From: Octopus sinensis | Taxonomy: Eukaryota | NCBI RefSeq assembly: GCF_006345805.1 | Contig: NW_021833031.1 | Location: forward strand, 46,469-110,468 | Direction: 5' to 3' | Length of the DNA stretch: 64,000 nucleotides | Shown here: positions 1-11,036 of the stretch, in pieces | Position numbering within the stretch: the stretch's first letter is position 1 | Layout of the letters: the number at the start of each line of letters is the position of its first letter | Notes under the pieces: model-generated | The model's input: the letters and a program-made list of their open reading frames with translations, nothing else | What the model was told of the DNA's origin: nothing | Database searches by the model: none | Program-made: the position numbers and the translations under genes

Positions 1-400
1 GTTAACAGACAGATCTACTTTCATTATACAATTATCTTATTGTTCCAAACAAGTTACTCGCTGTTCAAACAATGAACAAATACGATTCTAATCACAACTT
101 TTGATTACAAATCTCGAGATAAATTAAAATCCTTCGAATAAATGCTGAGAATCTTGAAATCTTTAATATATTTTGTTTGAAAGTAACAAAGAAATTAAAT
201 CTCAAAATCTAATCAAATATCTGCAAAAACAAAACGGTAAAATAGTGGAATATTTCTTCATATAACCCGAAGCGGTTTCCTTCAATTAAAAGTTGAAGAA
301 GGTAATTGTGAGATAGGCACAGACTGATTAGAGAGGCGATAGGATTTCGAAAACAAAAAAAAATATAAAACCAAAAAAATATAAAACATATGAAAGTTCT

Positions 401-721
401 CAGGTGTGCATGCGTGTGTATGTGTCTATGTGTGTGTGTGTGTATGTGTCTGTATGTACATACAAGCACACATGGGTGCACACATGCATAAATATATGTG
501 AGTGTATACATACATGCACACAAGAAAATACACATACACACATACTTACATTTATAGGTACATCTATGTAGACATATACATGTATATATACCATTACATG
601 ACATTTACACTATGCATATACACACACTTGCACACAAGTAAAATTATATATACTTTTATATGTATATAGATACATTTATATGTGTATATATACTTATATA
701 TATATATTATATATATATATA

Positions 722-795
<74 letters not shown>

Positions 796-835
796 GTGTA
801 TATGAATATACATATATGTATATATCTGTATCTAT
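401..835. repeat. Compound (TG)n/(CA)n/(TA)n microsatellite
   Basis: Directly visible dinucleotide arrays. Confidence 0.95.
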
Positions 836-1044
836 TTACATGTGTGCATGTACGTTTTAGCACACCTGATGACAACGAAATATACGTACACTTGATGACA
901 AAAATATATGCTCTCTCTCATCCTTTTTAACCCAAATAAATTAATGGACATAAATACACACGCACACATATACATATGCATATCTGTACAAACACATCAA
1001 TGCATACATGCGAACACATACGCGTACACGCACACATGTATACA

Positions 1045-1209
1045 CTGGCGGTTTGTTCAAGTTTGCGTCTAACAAATAAAGCGACAAGGCTCTGGTTGGC
1101 TCCTGGTCTCCAGTAGGAGACACTTGGCCAAGCTGTTATGCAATAGCACCTATCCCGAAACCACATGGATTCGGAAGCAAACTTCCTACCACACCACCCC
1201 GCCTCTGCC
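1045..1209 (-). mobile_element. tRNA-derived SINE family A, diverged 5' part
   Basis: Reverse complement resembles the head of the full copy at 10617 (ggcgcagg..gtgtggtaag..gggcaagtgtcttct..gccttgt). Confidence 0.65.
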
Positions 1210-1211
1210 TA

Positions 1212-1280
<69 letters not shown>

Positions 1281-1281
<1 letters not shown>

Positions 1282-1399
1282 ACGGCGACCACACCTGTTC
1301 ACCGTCGTCTACGTAGAGCCTGAGATGTCGCTGAGACTGCGACATCTCAGGCTCTACGTAGAGGACGGTGAACAGGTGTGAACAGGTGTGGTCGCCGTT
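1281..1399. repeat. ~51-bp fold-back inverted repeat at the 5' junction of a Tx1-like LINE
   Basis: 1281-1331 is the reverse complement of 1339-1399 with one mismatch and a 10-bp duplication (aacaggtgtg); loop tgagact. Confidence 0.95.
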
Positions 1400-2548
1400 T
1401 GTGAGGCACGCTTTCCTGCAACTCGTCTCCATGACCGAACTGCAGTCGTGGATCAAAAAAGAGGCCGAGAAAGGGCGAATGGCACCGCGAGTGTCGCGCT
1501 GCTCTCAAGCACCCATGCCGTCCCGGGTCGAACTTGAGCGACCTCAACACAACCAAAGCACTCTATAGGGGATTAGTGGAGGGGAGGTACGACGACGAGC
1601 TCGGGGCGAACCTGGACGTCGACGAGGAATACCTGACCCGCCTGTTCAGGACGACTTTCGGGCCAGGGCCCATGGACAACCTCCAGAGATCCCTGGCCTG
1701 GCAGTGCTACCGAGAAGCGCTACCCGTTTGCGATAAGCTCTACAGACATGGCTCGAGAAACACGGGGCCGACCTGCCCGAAATGCGGTCAGAGCGACGAA
1801 ACCGTTCTGCACGCACTTGTGCAGTGTCCAACCATTTCCGACCTGTGGGCTTATGTCGAACGACTGCTGTCCCGTGTGGAACGAGTCGGTTTATCAGCCG
1901 AGTCTATCGTCAATATTGTCACGCCTCCTCCCTTCAAACGGGAAGGAAGAGCTATTTTCATCATCCTTGTGGCTATGGCGAAAGAATGTATCTGGTGGAC
2001 GCGTCTGAAAGGATTAGAGACAAACACTTTCCTCTCTGGTCAATCTCTCATCAACTTCTTCAAGTATCACTTGAAAAGGAAAGTGAGAGTAGAGAGGCAA
2101 GTTTTGTCTAGCGAATGTTTTAAAAAAAGATGGGTGAATGTAGCAAGGATGGCACGTGTGAATGACGAAGCCACCTTGAGCATAATCTTATGAACCCGGA
2201 AATTTAAAACAGAGGGTTACCTACTTGCAAACAAATGTGGTAACATGTAACAATATTGACCGAGGTTATCGTGGTCTTTTCCGTAGGCTTTTCTTCCCAC
2301 GGATAAACCTTATCTGCTTCCACCTTTACATCGTACATCATGACATTGTGATACACGATACCTATTGATCTTTTTTTTCTTCTTTTGTTTCTTTTCCTTT
2401 GTTTTTCTTTCTTCTTTCCCTTTTACGATCCCTTTTGATCGAAAACCTACCTCACCTTTTTATTTTTTTTCTCCCCCAAAAAGAAAAGCTCTACTTTGTA
2501 ATCTGTCCCGTCTGTGTGCAGCCCTGTGTGGCTAATAAAGAATCATTT
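1339..2548 (+). mobile_element. 5'-truncated L1/Tx1-like non-LTR retrotransposon (3' end)
   Basis: ORF2 C-terminal Cys-rich motif CPKCGQSDETVLHALVQC; T-rich 3' UTR; AATAAA at 2534; (TCTA)n arrays on both flanks. Confidence 0.85.
1534..2193 (+). pseudogene. Tx1/L1 ORF2 C-terminal remnant (zf-RVT-like domain)
   Basis: 219-aa ORF with LAWQCYREALPV...CPKC..DETVLHALVQC..LW, typical of L1-clade ORF2 C-termini; no RT core. Confidence 0.8.
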
Positions 2549-2579
2549 CTATCTCTCTATCTCTCTATCTCTCTATCTC

Positions 2580-2613
<34 letters not shown>

Positions 2614-2842
2614 GATGAGTATACGAGATGTTTCTTTATAATATATATCGTGCATATATGTATATATCTATATATCCTTCGAACAATTGACGACTTTAAT
2701 AGTTAGTAAGGTAAAATATATTCAAATACTAAACATATTTATTACTCCGTACATAACATAGACAGAACTCAAATTCTACGATATATCTGCTGTTTATAAT
2801 TATGGTTAGCAGCACAAAATACATTTTAATATTTACATATCT

Positions 2843-3038
2843 AAGGCGGTGAGCTGGCAAAAACGTTAGCACGAATTTCGTCTGTTTTTACGTTCTGAGT
2901 TCAAATTCCGCCGAGGTCGACTTTACCTTTTTTTTTCCTTTCGAGGTGGATAAATTAAGTGTCGGTTGTGTACTGGGGTCGATCTAATCAACTGGCAGAC
3001 TCATCAAAAATTTCGGGGCTTGTGCCTAGAGCAGAAAA
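2843..3038 (+). mobile_element. tRNA-derived SINE family B
   Basis: aaggcggtgagctggca..ttctgagttcaaattccgccgaggtcgacttt motif, shared with many copies in the window. Confidence 0.85.
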
Positions 3039-3155
3039 TATATTTACATATCCGCCTGTCCGGCTCCCTGCCTGCCTGTCCGTCTGTCAGCATGTCTATC
3101 TGTCTGCCTATTATTCTGTGTGCAATATATGCATTCACATAGATGAATACGTATA

Positions 3156-3382
3156 CGAGGAGTGCTGAAAAGTTCCTGGCTGAAAGGGTTTCGCGAAATG
3201 TCTGGTCGGGGGCCCAACATTCCAAGTACTTTTACAGGGCCTAGAAAAAAACTGAAGGACAAATGCAATAAATTTTTGGGTTTGAGAGGGGGTAATATTG
3301 AATAAAATCATAATTAACTGATCCTCCAGTATTTTCTATTACCCAAAACCAGGAACTTTTCAGTACCCGGCCCCCACCTCGT
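3156..3382 (+). mobile_element. Mariner-derived MITE
   Basis: TIR cgaggagtgctgaaaagttcctgg / ccaggaacttttcagtacc after TA; homologous to 17724 and 28510. Confidence 0.8.
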
Positions 3383-3702
3383 CTGTACATTTACACATTT
3401 GAATGTACACACACACACACACACGCAAAAACACACACATTTTTATGTATATCGGTGTTTACGTTCATGTGTATATGTCTGTGTGTGTGTGTCTTTGTGC
3501 GTGTACGCAAAAGTACATAACCATCCTTCGAGCTATTTAAGTTTTCAATATTTAGTAATGTAAAACATTTTCAAAATATATAGAAAGAAAATCCAATCTC
3601 TCGTACATAACGTCGATGGTACCCAAAATCTACAACATATTGCTAGCAGCACAAAATACTCTTTTATATTCACACTATATGTAGACACACTCACACACAC
3701 AT

Positions 3703-3760
<58 letters not shown>

Positions 3761-3822
3761 ACACCTAATTACTTTTCAGATATTTTAACAAATAGTTTAA
3801 ATAAACCTTCGCAGAAAGAGAG

Positions 3823-3879
<57 letters not shown>

Positions 3880-3987
3880 TGTGAGAGGAGTGCCAGTGTA
3901 ACTCGGTCTGAATAAGCAGTGCAAACCAGTTTTGTATGTACACTCCTGTTTGTGAGTTTTGTCGCCGGGATTAAAATGCTTCACGGC

Positions 3988-4081
<94 letters not shown>

Positions 4082-4082
<1 letters not shown>

Positions 4083-4345
4083 GGAACAAAGGTGTTGGAG
4101 CCGCGCGAGAGGCCCGGGTGTCGGGGTCGCAACGGGTAACAAAGAAACCATTCGGTCTCTGGTAGATGAACAGTGGTGCCAATTACTCGAGCCAAGTAAA
4201 ATGTGTGAGGCCTTTCAACAGCATTTTGACTGATTGTTCGGGTCGAGTAGCGAGTGTGAACGCAGGGTGGACTTCAGTGCCGTCTTGCACGGCCTGCCAC
4301 GACTCAGAAACAGAGGAAAGTCCAATAGAAAAGGAAGACGGAGGT
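4082..4345 (+). mobile_element. Tx1/L1-like ORF2 fragment (EN-RT linker)
   Basis: Translates ..GNKETIRSLVDEQWCQLLEPSKMCEAFQQHFD*LFG..RRVDFSAVLHGLPRL; similar to the 60830-61800 fragment; starts directly after (TATC)n. Confidence 0.7.
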
Positions 4346-4376
4346 AGAAAATCGCCAGCGATTCACATGTGGTTAC

Positions 4377-4416
<40 letters not shown>

Positions 4417-4503
4417 TATTAGAGACAAAACCACTATTTTGCAAAACAAACAAGGAAAGACTTAATCAATACATAAAATTTTAATAAATAGTCAAAAAAA
4501 CCG

Positions 4504-4546
4504 CCACTACAATTGTTTCTTGTCTTGATCGACAATCTTCAGGTGG
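4504..4546 (-). ncRNA. Minimal type I hammerhead ribozyme, canonical core
   Basis: Minus strand: CCAC-CUGAAGA-UUGUC(gaucaa)GACAA-GAAA-CAAUUG-UA-GUGG. Stems I and II pair fully; stem III is the palindrome ACAAUUGU; predicted GUA cleavage after 4508. Confidence 0.85.
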
Positions 4547-7500
4547 ACTTCCAATCTAAAATATCAATATTTTAAAATATAAAAATAATAATTTTAAAAT
4601 AATTAAGTATGAATGAAAAAATATAATATATAATCCATATATAACCTATATATAATCCATATATAATCAATATATAAACAATATATAAACTAAAATAAAC
4701 CTATCAACAATTAAGTATAAAATATAAAATATAAAATATAAAATATAAAACAAAACAAAAAAATAATAATAATATAATAATAAAAAACTAATATATACAC
4801 CCATACACATATAACTAATTATATATAACCATATCTAACTACATACACTAAATCACACACCTATATATATATCCCTATACATATACACATAAAACGTCTA
4901 GGCAACTATAAATAATAAAAATAGCTAAATACTTCAACACATACTTATTCATACTCCCACACACCACATACAACCCACTCATTCACGCTCTAGAAAACGG
5001 ACATCACTTAAAATTATGAACGGAGAAATGGAATAAATGGAATTAAAAATTATATTCACTTGGTAAAACGAACACTACTTAAAATTATGAATTAAACAAT
5101 GCAATAAAAACACAGACATCGCAAATAGGCACAAATTACTACGAATTCCTTAACAACCTACCATGATAACCAAAACTCATAAAAACATATATTGATAAAA
5201 TCTCCCTTTACTAAACTCTATAACATACCTATATAGCAATCCCCCTAACCTAAACATTCACACACAAATACACACACGTAAACCACACACCCACGACATA
5301 TACAATACCCACACCACTTACATTACCTATACATACATATAAACCTCAACATATACTCCAAAAACCCACAAACCCCACACAGACAAATAAACACAAAAAT
5401 TATGAATGGATTCTTTTATAAAACTACCATGATAAGCTAAAACTCACAAAACAAATGATAAAACCTCCCTTTACTAACACTATAACATACTTATATAGCA
5501 ATCCTTTAACCTATACATTCACACACAAATACACACACGTAAACCACACACCCATAACAAATACAAACACCCACCCCACTCACACACACCCACAAGTACA
5601 TATAAGCCTCAACATATACACCAAACAAAATTACTTTACCAAGGAACCTAACATATGTATAAAAAGTATAACCGCTCTGGAACGAACATCTTTTAAAATA
5701 ATGAATGGAGAAATGGAATAAATGGAATTAAAAATAATATTCACGTGGCAAAACGAACACCACTCAAAATTATGAATGAAACAATGTAATAAATAACCAA
5801 CATCGAAAATAGACAAATTACCACGAATTCCCTAAAAAAACCATGATAAACCAAACTCTTAAAAACATAAACGATAAAATCTCCCTTTGCTAAACTCTAT
5901 AACAAACCTATATAGCAATCCCCCTAACCTAAACATTCACATAATACCACACGTAAACCACAGACCCACGACTTATACAAATACCCACCTCACTCACACA
6001 TACCTATACTAACTTATAAACCTCAATATACACCAAAAAAACCCACCCCTCCCCACACACAGACAAATTAACACATACATCCCAAAACCTAAATAACAAA
6101 TCCATATACACATTCACACACAAACACACACCCACACCAAAACACACAACACACAGATACATATACTCCCTCACATATACGCATATACATACTCACTAAC
6201 TCGATATATACAACAATATTTACACACCCCCACTCATACAGATAAATAAATTATACAACTAAAAACTCACATACAATCTCATATACATAAACACTCCAAT
6301 GAAAAACAACATTAATACATCGTAATTAACCAGAATATCAAAAATAACAATATGACATAAGGAGAAATAATATACATACTTACAATTCAGTTTCAAATTA
6401 TGAAGTGAAATTAAATTCTTAGCCGTTAAAAAAATCAAACCAAAATACGTTACCATAGAAATATAACTTATGTATAAAAGAATACGCGCCATGGAAAGTA
6501 AACTCATTTAAAATTATGAATGGAAAATAGAATAAATGGAACTAAAACTATATCCACGTGGCAAACCAACACTACTTAAAAAAAATTTATTATGAATGGA
6601 TTCTTTAATAAAACTACCATGATAAATTATTAATATACATTTATGAGCTTTAGCTCATCTTAGCAGCTCTAACAAACAACTTGCAGTACCCAAGTCTATT
6701 TTCGATGCCTGCCTTACTACTACACTATTCCATTCCAATTCCAAGCAACGCTAGCCCCCACCCGGTTACAATTCCCAACTCCACCCATTCATTCATTCAC
6801 AATTTCAACAACGACGTTCAACTCCACAGCGCTACGTATTAGCCTCAATATATACCCGGTGATTCGCTTTCACATCCGTGCGGATGGGTGAGAGTATACA
6901 TTGAGTGAAGTGATGGGCTCCCTTTAACTATACACATTTGAACCTGTGTGGTAGTCTCCATGTGTATATTCACGCACGGGTATAAATGCAGGGGGTACAC
7001 GCGCACGGCATGTGCGTGTACCCCCTCACATGTACATATGCATGCTAGTTGGGCTCGATATGTGCAACGGTGTAATCGCGCCCGCATACATGCAGATTGT
7101 GATTTTGATTGTGCAATTCGCCCATTGTAGGTTTGTTAAGGAATTCGTAGTAATTTGTGCCTATTTGCGATGTCTGTTGTTTTATTGCATTGTTTAATTC
7201 ATAATTTTTAAGTAGTGTTCGTTTTACCAATTGAATATAATTTTTAATTCCATTTATTCCATTTCTCCGTTCATAATTTTAAGTGATGTCCGTTTTCTAG
7301 AGCGTGAATGTGCGTTGTATGTGTGTGTGTGGGAGTATGAATAAGTATTGTGTTGAAGTATTTAGCTATTTTATTTATTTATAGTTGCCTAGACGTTTTT
7401 ATGTGTATGTATAGGGATATATATATAGGTGTGTGATTTAGTGTATGTAGTTAGATATGGTTATATATAATTAGTATATGTGTATGGGTGTATATATATT

Positions 7501-7736
7501 TATTATTATATTTATTTTTTATTTTTTTGTTTTGTTTTATATTTTATATTTTATATTTTATATTTTATACTTATTGTTGATAGGTTTATTTTAGTTTATA
7601 TATTGTTTTATATTGATTATATATGGATATATATAGGTTATATAGGATTATATATTTATATTTTTTCATTCATACTTTAATTATTTTTAAATTATTATTT
7701 TTATATTTTAAAATATTGATATTTTAGATTGGAAGT

Positions 7737-7777
7737 CCCCTGAAGATTGTCGATCAAGACAAGAACAATTGTAGTGG
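7737..7777 (+). ncRNA. Mirror copy of the hammerhead ribozyme, damaged
   Basis: CUGAAGA-UUGUC(gaucaa)GACAA-GAA-CAAUUG-UA-GUGG; one A missing from GAAA and one from stem I compared with the left arm. Confidence 0.65.
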
Positions 7778-7950
7778 CGGTTTTTTTGACTATTTATTAA
7801 ATTTTATGTATTGATTAAGTCTTTCCTTGTTTGTTTTGCAAAATAGTGGTTTTGTCTCTAATAATTTTTATAATATTTACTATAAAATTGGATTTAATCC
7901 TAATCTGATTTTTTCCCTGTAAATTTGGATTTATTCCCTAATATTTATTA

Positions 7951-8020
<70 letters not shown>

Positions 8021-8023
8021 TAT

Positions 8024-8370
8024 ACCGGAGTAAAACCATAAATGTGAAACAAGGTAGAAAAAAGAGTACTCAAATACCAGTGGTAGGTAATGTGCTTTGT
8101 TTAAAGCGGCAGAAAATTCAACAAAACCTGTTACTCTGAGTTTCCCATTGCTGTCCGTCGGACAGTTTTTGCTAGAATGGAACCGATATGTGAATTTTAT
8201 TCTATCCAGACTATAGTCTGGATAGAATTCATATAGTCTGGATAGAATTCATGTAGTCTGGATAGAATTCACATATCGGTTCCATTCTAACAAAAACTGT
8301 CCGACGAACGGCAATGGGAAACTCAGAGTAACAGGTTTTGTTGAATTTTCTGCTGCTTTAAATAAAGTAT
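8024..8370. mobile_element. Second PLE-type terminal repeat folded back into a ~275-bp palindrome
   Basis: 8093-8213 is the reverse complement of 8214-8369, allowing for three tandem 20-bp units (tagtctggatagaattcat/c). Confidence 0.7.
8292..8339 (+). ncRNA. Degenerate minimal type I hammerhead motif
   Basis: aaaaaCUGU-CCGACGA-acggcaaugg-GAAA-CUCAGAG-UA-ACAG; core has U4->C and a poor stem II; a more degenerate mirror copy lies at ~8122-8170 (-). Confidence 0.5.
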
Positions 8371-8453
8371 ATATACATATATATATATACATATGTATAT
8401 CGTATTTAGAAAATCATAGATGCAGAGACGAAGTAGAACAGTCTATATTTTTT

Positions 8454-9303
8454 CTGGTGAAGGCCGGTTTATGGGGTTACTCTGGGTTTGCCGTCCATGA
8501 AGGGATTAACTTTATGGTGTATCTTCACACCCCAAGACCCCTTGGCCTATATCCTCTTTTAAATATGGAGGGGAAAAATCTGGATTATCTCCCTTTGCTC
8601 ATGGCTATCCACTTTCTGCCGTACTGCTATCGATCAGCTTATATGAAGGTCAGCAACAGGGGATTAGATCTCTCTCTCCCCATTCAGCCGTCAAATTTCG
8701 GCGTTCCCGAAAGACCAGCTACATCAACAATAGCCAGAACAACAACAGCATCAGTAGTGGCAACAAGACAATAATAGGTGGACCACCTACGTCGCGCGTC
8801 CACGGAAATAGATTGTTTGTATCGAAAATTCATTCAAGAAACGTTTTTCCAACTATGGATCCTCATTCGAAGTCTCAATCTCATGGAAAATCCTCGAAAG
8901 CCCAGGCCCCTACATTAACAGGACGAAACGCTGCAAGCTATGTATAGCTGAACACACGAGAATCCTAAGGGTCTCATTTGAGTCAGGGGCTATGCTTATT
9001 TCCGGAACGGAGATTTTCGGGCGATGTTTGCCTTTTAGGAGATTTCTGATGGCCTTTTGAAAACCACCGGAAGTTGATGGCCAACCGGAAAGGGAAATCA
9101 TCCCTCGTGGTTTAACCACATAACTAATCGATGAAGTAAAGTCGAAAGTCGATAACCATTAGCAAAAGGAGATAATCCAGACTTTCTCCTACATATGTTA
9201 AGAGGTCATAGGCCAAGGGGTCTTGGGGTGTGAAGATATGCCATAAAGTTAACCCTTTATGGACGGGAAACCCAAGGTAACCCCATAAACCGGTCTTCAC
9301 CTG
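8454..9303. mobile_element. Non-autonomous DNA transposon/MITE with ~155-bp TIRs
   Basis: 8454-~8612 and ~9145-9303 are imperfect reverse complements (ggtgaag.ccggtttatggggtta..cttcacaccccaagaccccttggccta); TA-rich flanks. Confidence 0.8.
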
Positions 9304-9313
9304 AATATATATA

Positions 9314-9520
9314 TCTATTATGTGAAATCTGTTCTGTCTGTCTGTCTGTGTGTGTGTCTTCTAGTATCTCGGGTATCCTCTATCTGATTGCGCTCAAATT
9401 TGATATATAGATACCGACGGTATCAGGGTGTGTATAAGTCTTGAAAAAATTACAAAAATCGATTCCAGGTGAGAATGCGATCGAAAGCTGTGGGAACGTG
9501 CATTTGTAAAATCGCTATTC
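9314..9520 (+). mobile_element. Possible Helitron/DINE-like non-autonomous 5' fragment
   Basis: tctatta..(ctgt)n..ctgattgcgctcaaattt organisation resembles such elements; no 3' end seen. Confidence 0.35.
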
Positions 9521-10192
9521 TTGGAATGGAAAAAAGTCTATCTTTATTTCTTCTTTTGCTGGTGTCTCAAATTTAGGTTAAATCAGTGTTTCTCAAAAGG
9601 GAGGCCTATGGGACGGTCGGACAGGTTGTTTTGAGAAAATTTGGTCTAATGTTTGACAACTCAGCACCGTCCATTGGACGGGGAGTATTTTGCTTGTATA
9701 TATATATAATATATAATAATATATAATATATATAATATATATATTTATGTATATAATATATATATATATATATATACGTACACACATACACGCACGTGTA
9801 TGCGTGTATGTGTGTGTTTGTACTCGTGTTCGTGCATGATAATAGGTACATGTTACACACACACATACACACCACACACGCACACACAGACACATACACA
9901 CGCCACACACACAGATGTGCATGTAATTATTGCATTAATTAGCGTTTATCGATAATTAATAATGTGTATTAAGGTGAAACTCAATGTTTTTTACTCAACA
10001 CCGTGAGACCTTCACAAATTCAAACAAATGTTGTTTACATTTTTCGATACTTCCCAGTGGACTAAAGGATACTAACAGACCCCCACACATTCCCTCACAC
10101 CAACCTACACACACATACAAAGACATATATATATATATATATATATAATATGAATATATATATATATAGATATATATATAATATATATATAT

Positions 10193-10237
<45 letters not shown>

Positions 10238-10240
10238 GTT

Positions 10241-10273
<33 letters not shown>

Positions 10274-10283
10274 GTTATTATAT

Positions 10284-10335
<52 letters not shown>

Positions 10336-10362
10336 TGTATTTGAAAAAAAAACCCGAATACC

Positions 10363-10520
10363 TTTACTGGTAGTTCTAATCAGTTTAATTTATTATCTTT
10401 TAATTTTTCAGTAATATAAATTTTACGGTTCGTAGATCTACGAACTAAAGTGTAAAATTTATATTACTAAAATTTTTTTTAAAATAGCAAATTAACTTGA
10501 TTAATCAAATTACCAGTAAA
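10363..10520. repeat. ~160-bp imperfect palindrome (MITE-like)
   Basis: tttactggta..agtaatataaattttac..ttcgtaga|tctacgaa..gtaaaatttatattact..taccagtaaa; centre at 10436/10437. Confidence 0.8.
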
Positions 10521-10616
10521 ATCATTCTTTTCCGGTTTTCAAATACACCTAACTGTACCAAGGATCTCTCACACTTTCCAATACACACGCACATAATATT
10601 TTATAATTATATACAT

Positions 10617-11036
10617 AGGCGCAGGGGTGGCTGTGTGGTAAGTAGCTTGTTTACCAACCACATAGTTCTGGGTTCAGTCCCACTGTGTGGCACCTTGGGC
10701 AAATGTCTTCTGCTATAGCCTCGGGCCGACCAAAGCCTTGTGAGTAGATTTGGTAGACGGAAACTGAAAGAAGCCCGTCGTATATATGTATATATATATA
10801 TATACGCATGTGTGTGTTTGTGTGTCTGTGTTTGTCCCCCTAGCATTGCTTGACAACCGATGCTGGTGTGTTTATGTCCCCGTTACTTAGCGGTTCGGCA
10901 AAAAGAGACGGATAGATTAAGTACTGGGCTTACAAAAAGAATAAGTCCCGGGGTCGAGTTGCTCGATTAAAGGCGGTGCTCCACAATGGCCGCAGTCAAA
11001 TGACTGAAACAAGTAAAAGAGTAAAGAGTAAAGAGT
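10617..11036 (+). mobile_element. SINE family A, full length, with central microsatellite
   Basis: tRNA-like head (gtggtaag / ggttcagtccc), central (TA)/(TG), 3' end gcagtcaaatgactgaaacaagtaaaagagtaaag. Confidence 0.9.

Larger units (their letters stand above)
4412..7960. mobile_element. Penelope-like (PLE)-type repeat forming a long inverted repeat
   Basis: 4417-5160 is the reverse complement of ~7126-7866 (mostly 1-bp indels); each arm has a hammerhead motif; interior holds diverged tandem units. PLE identity is inferred from the hammerhead and inverted architecture. Confidence 0.65.

Noticed and set aside
861-895. CUGAUGA-caac-GAAA hammerhead-like motif
   Set aside because: No stem II and no complementary stem I; likely chance.
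4930-5240. Possible PLE coding remnant on the + strand (HALENGH.., NYELNNAIK..)
   Set aside because: Only a vague resemblance to GIY-YIG/PLE peptides, many stops, and opposite to the hammerhead sense; cannot be supported without an HMM search.
10617-10700. tRNA genes at SINE heads
   Set aside because: A/B-box-like motifs continue directly into SINE bodies; no complete cloverleaf.
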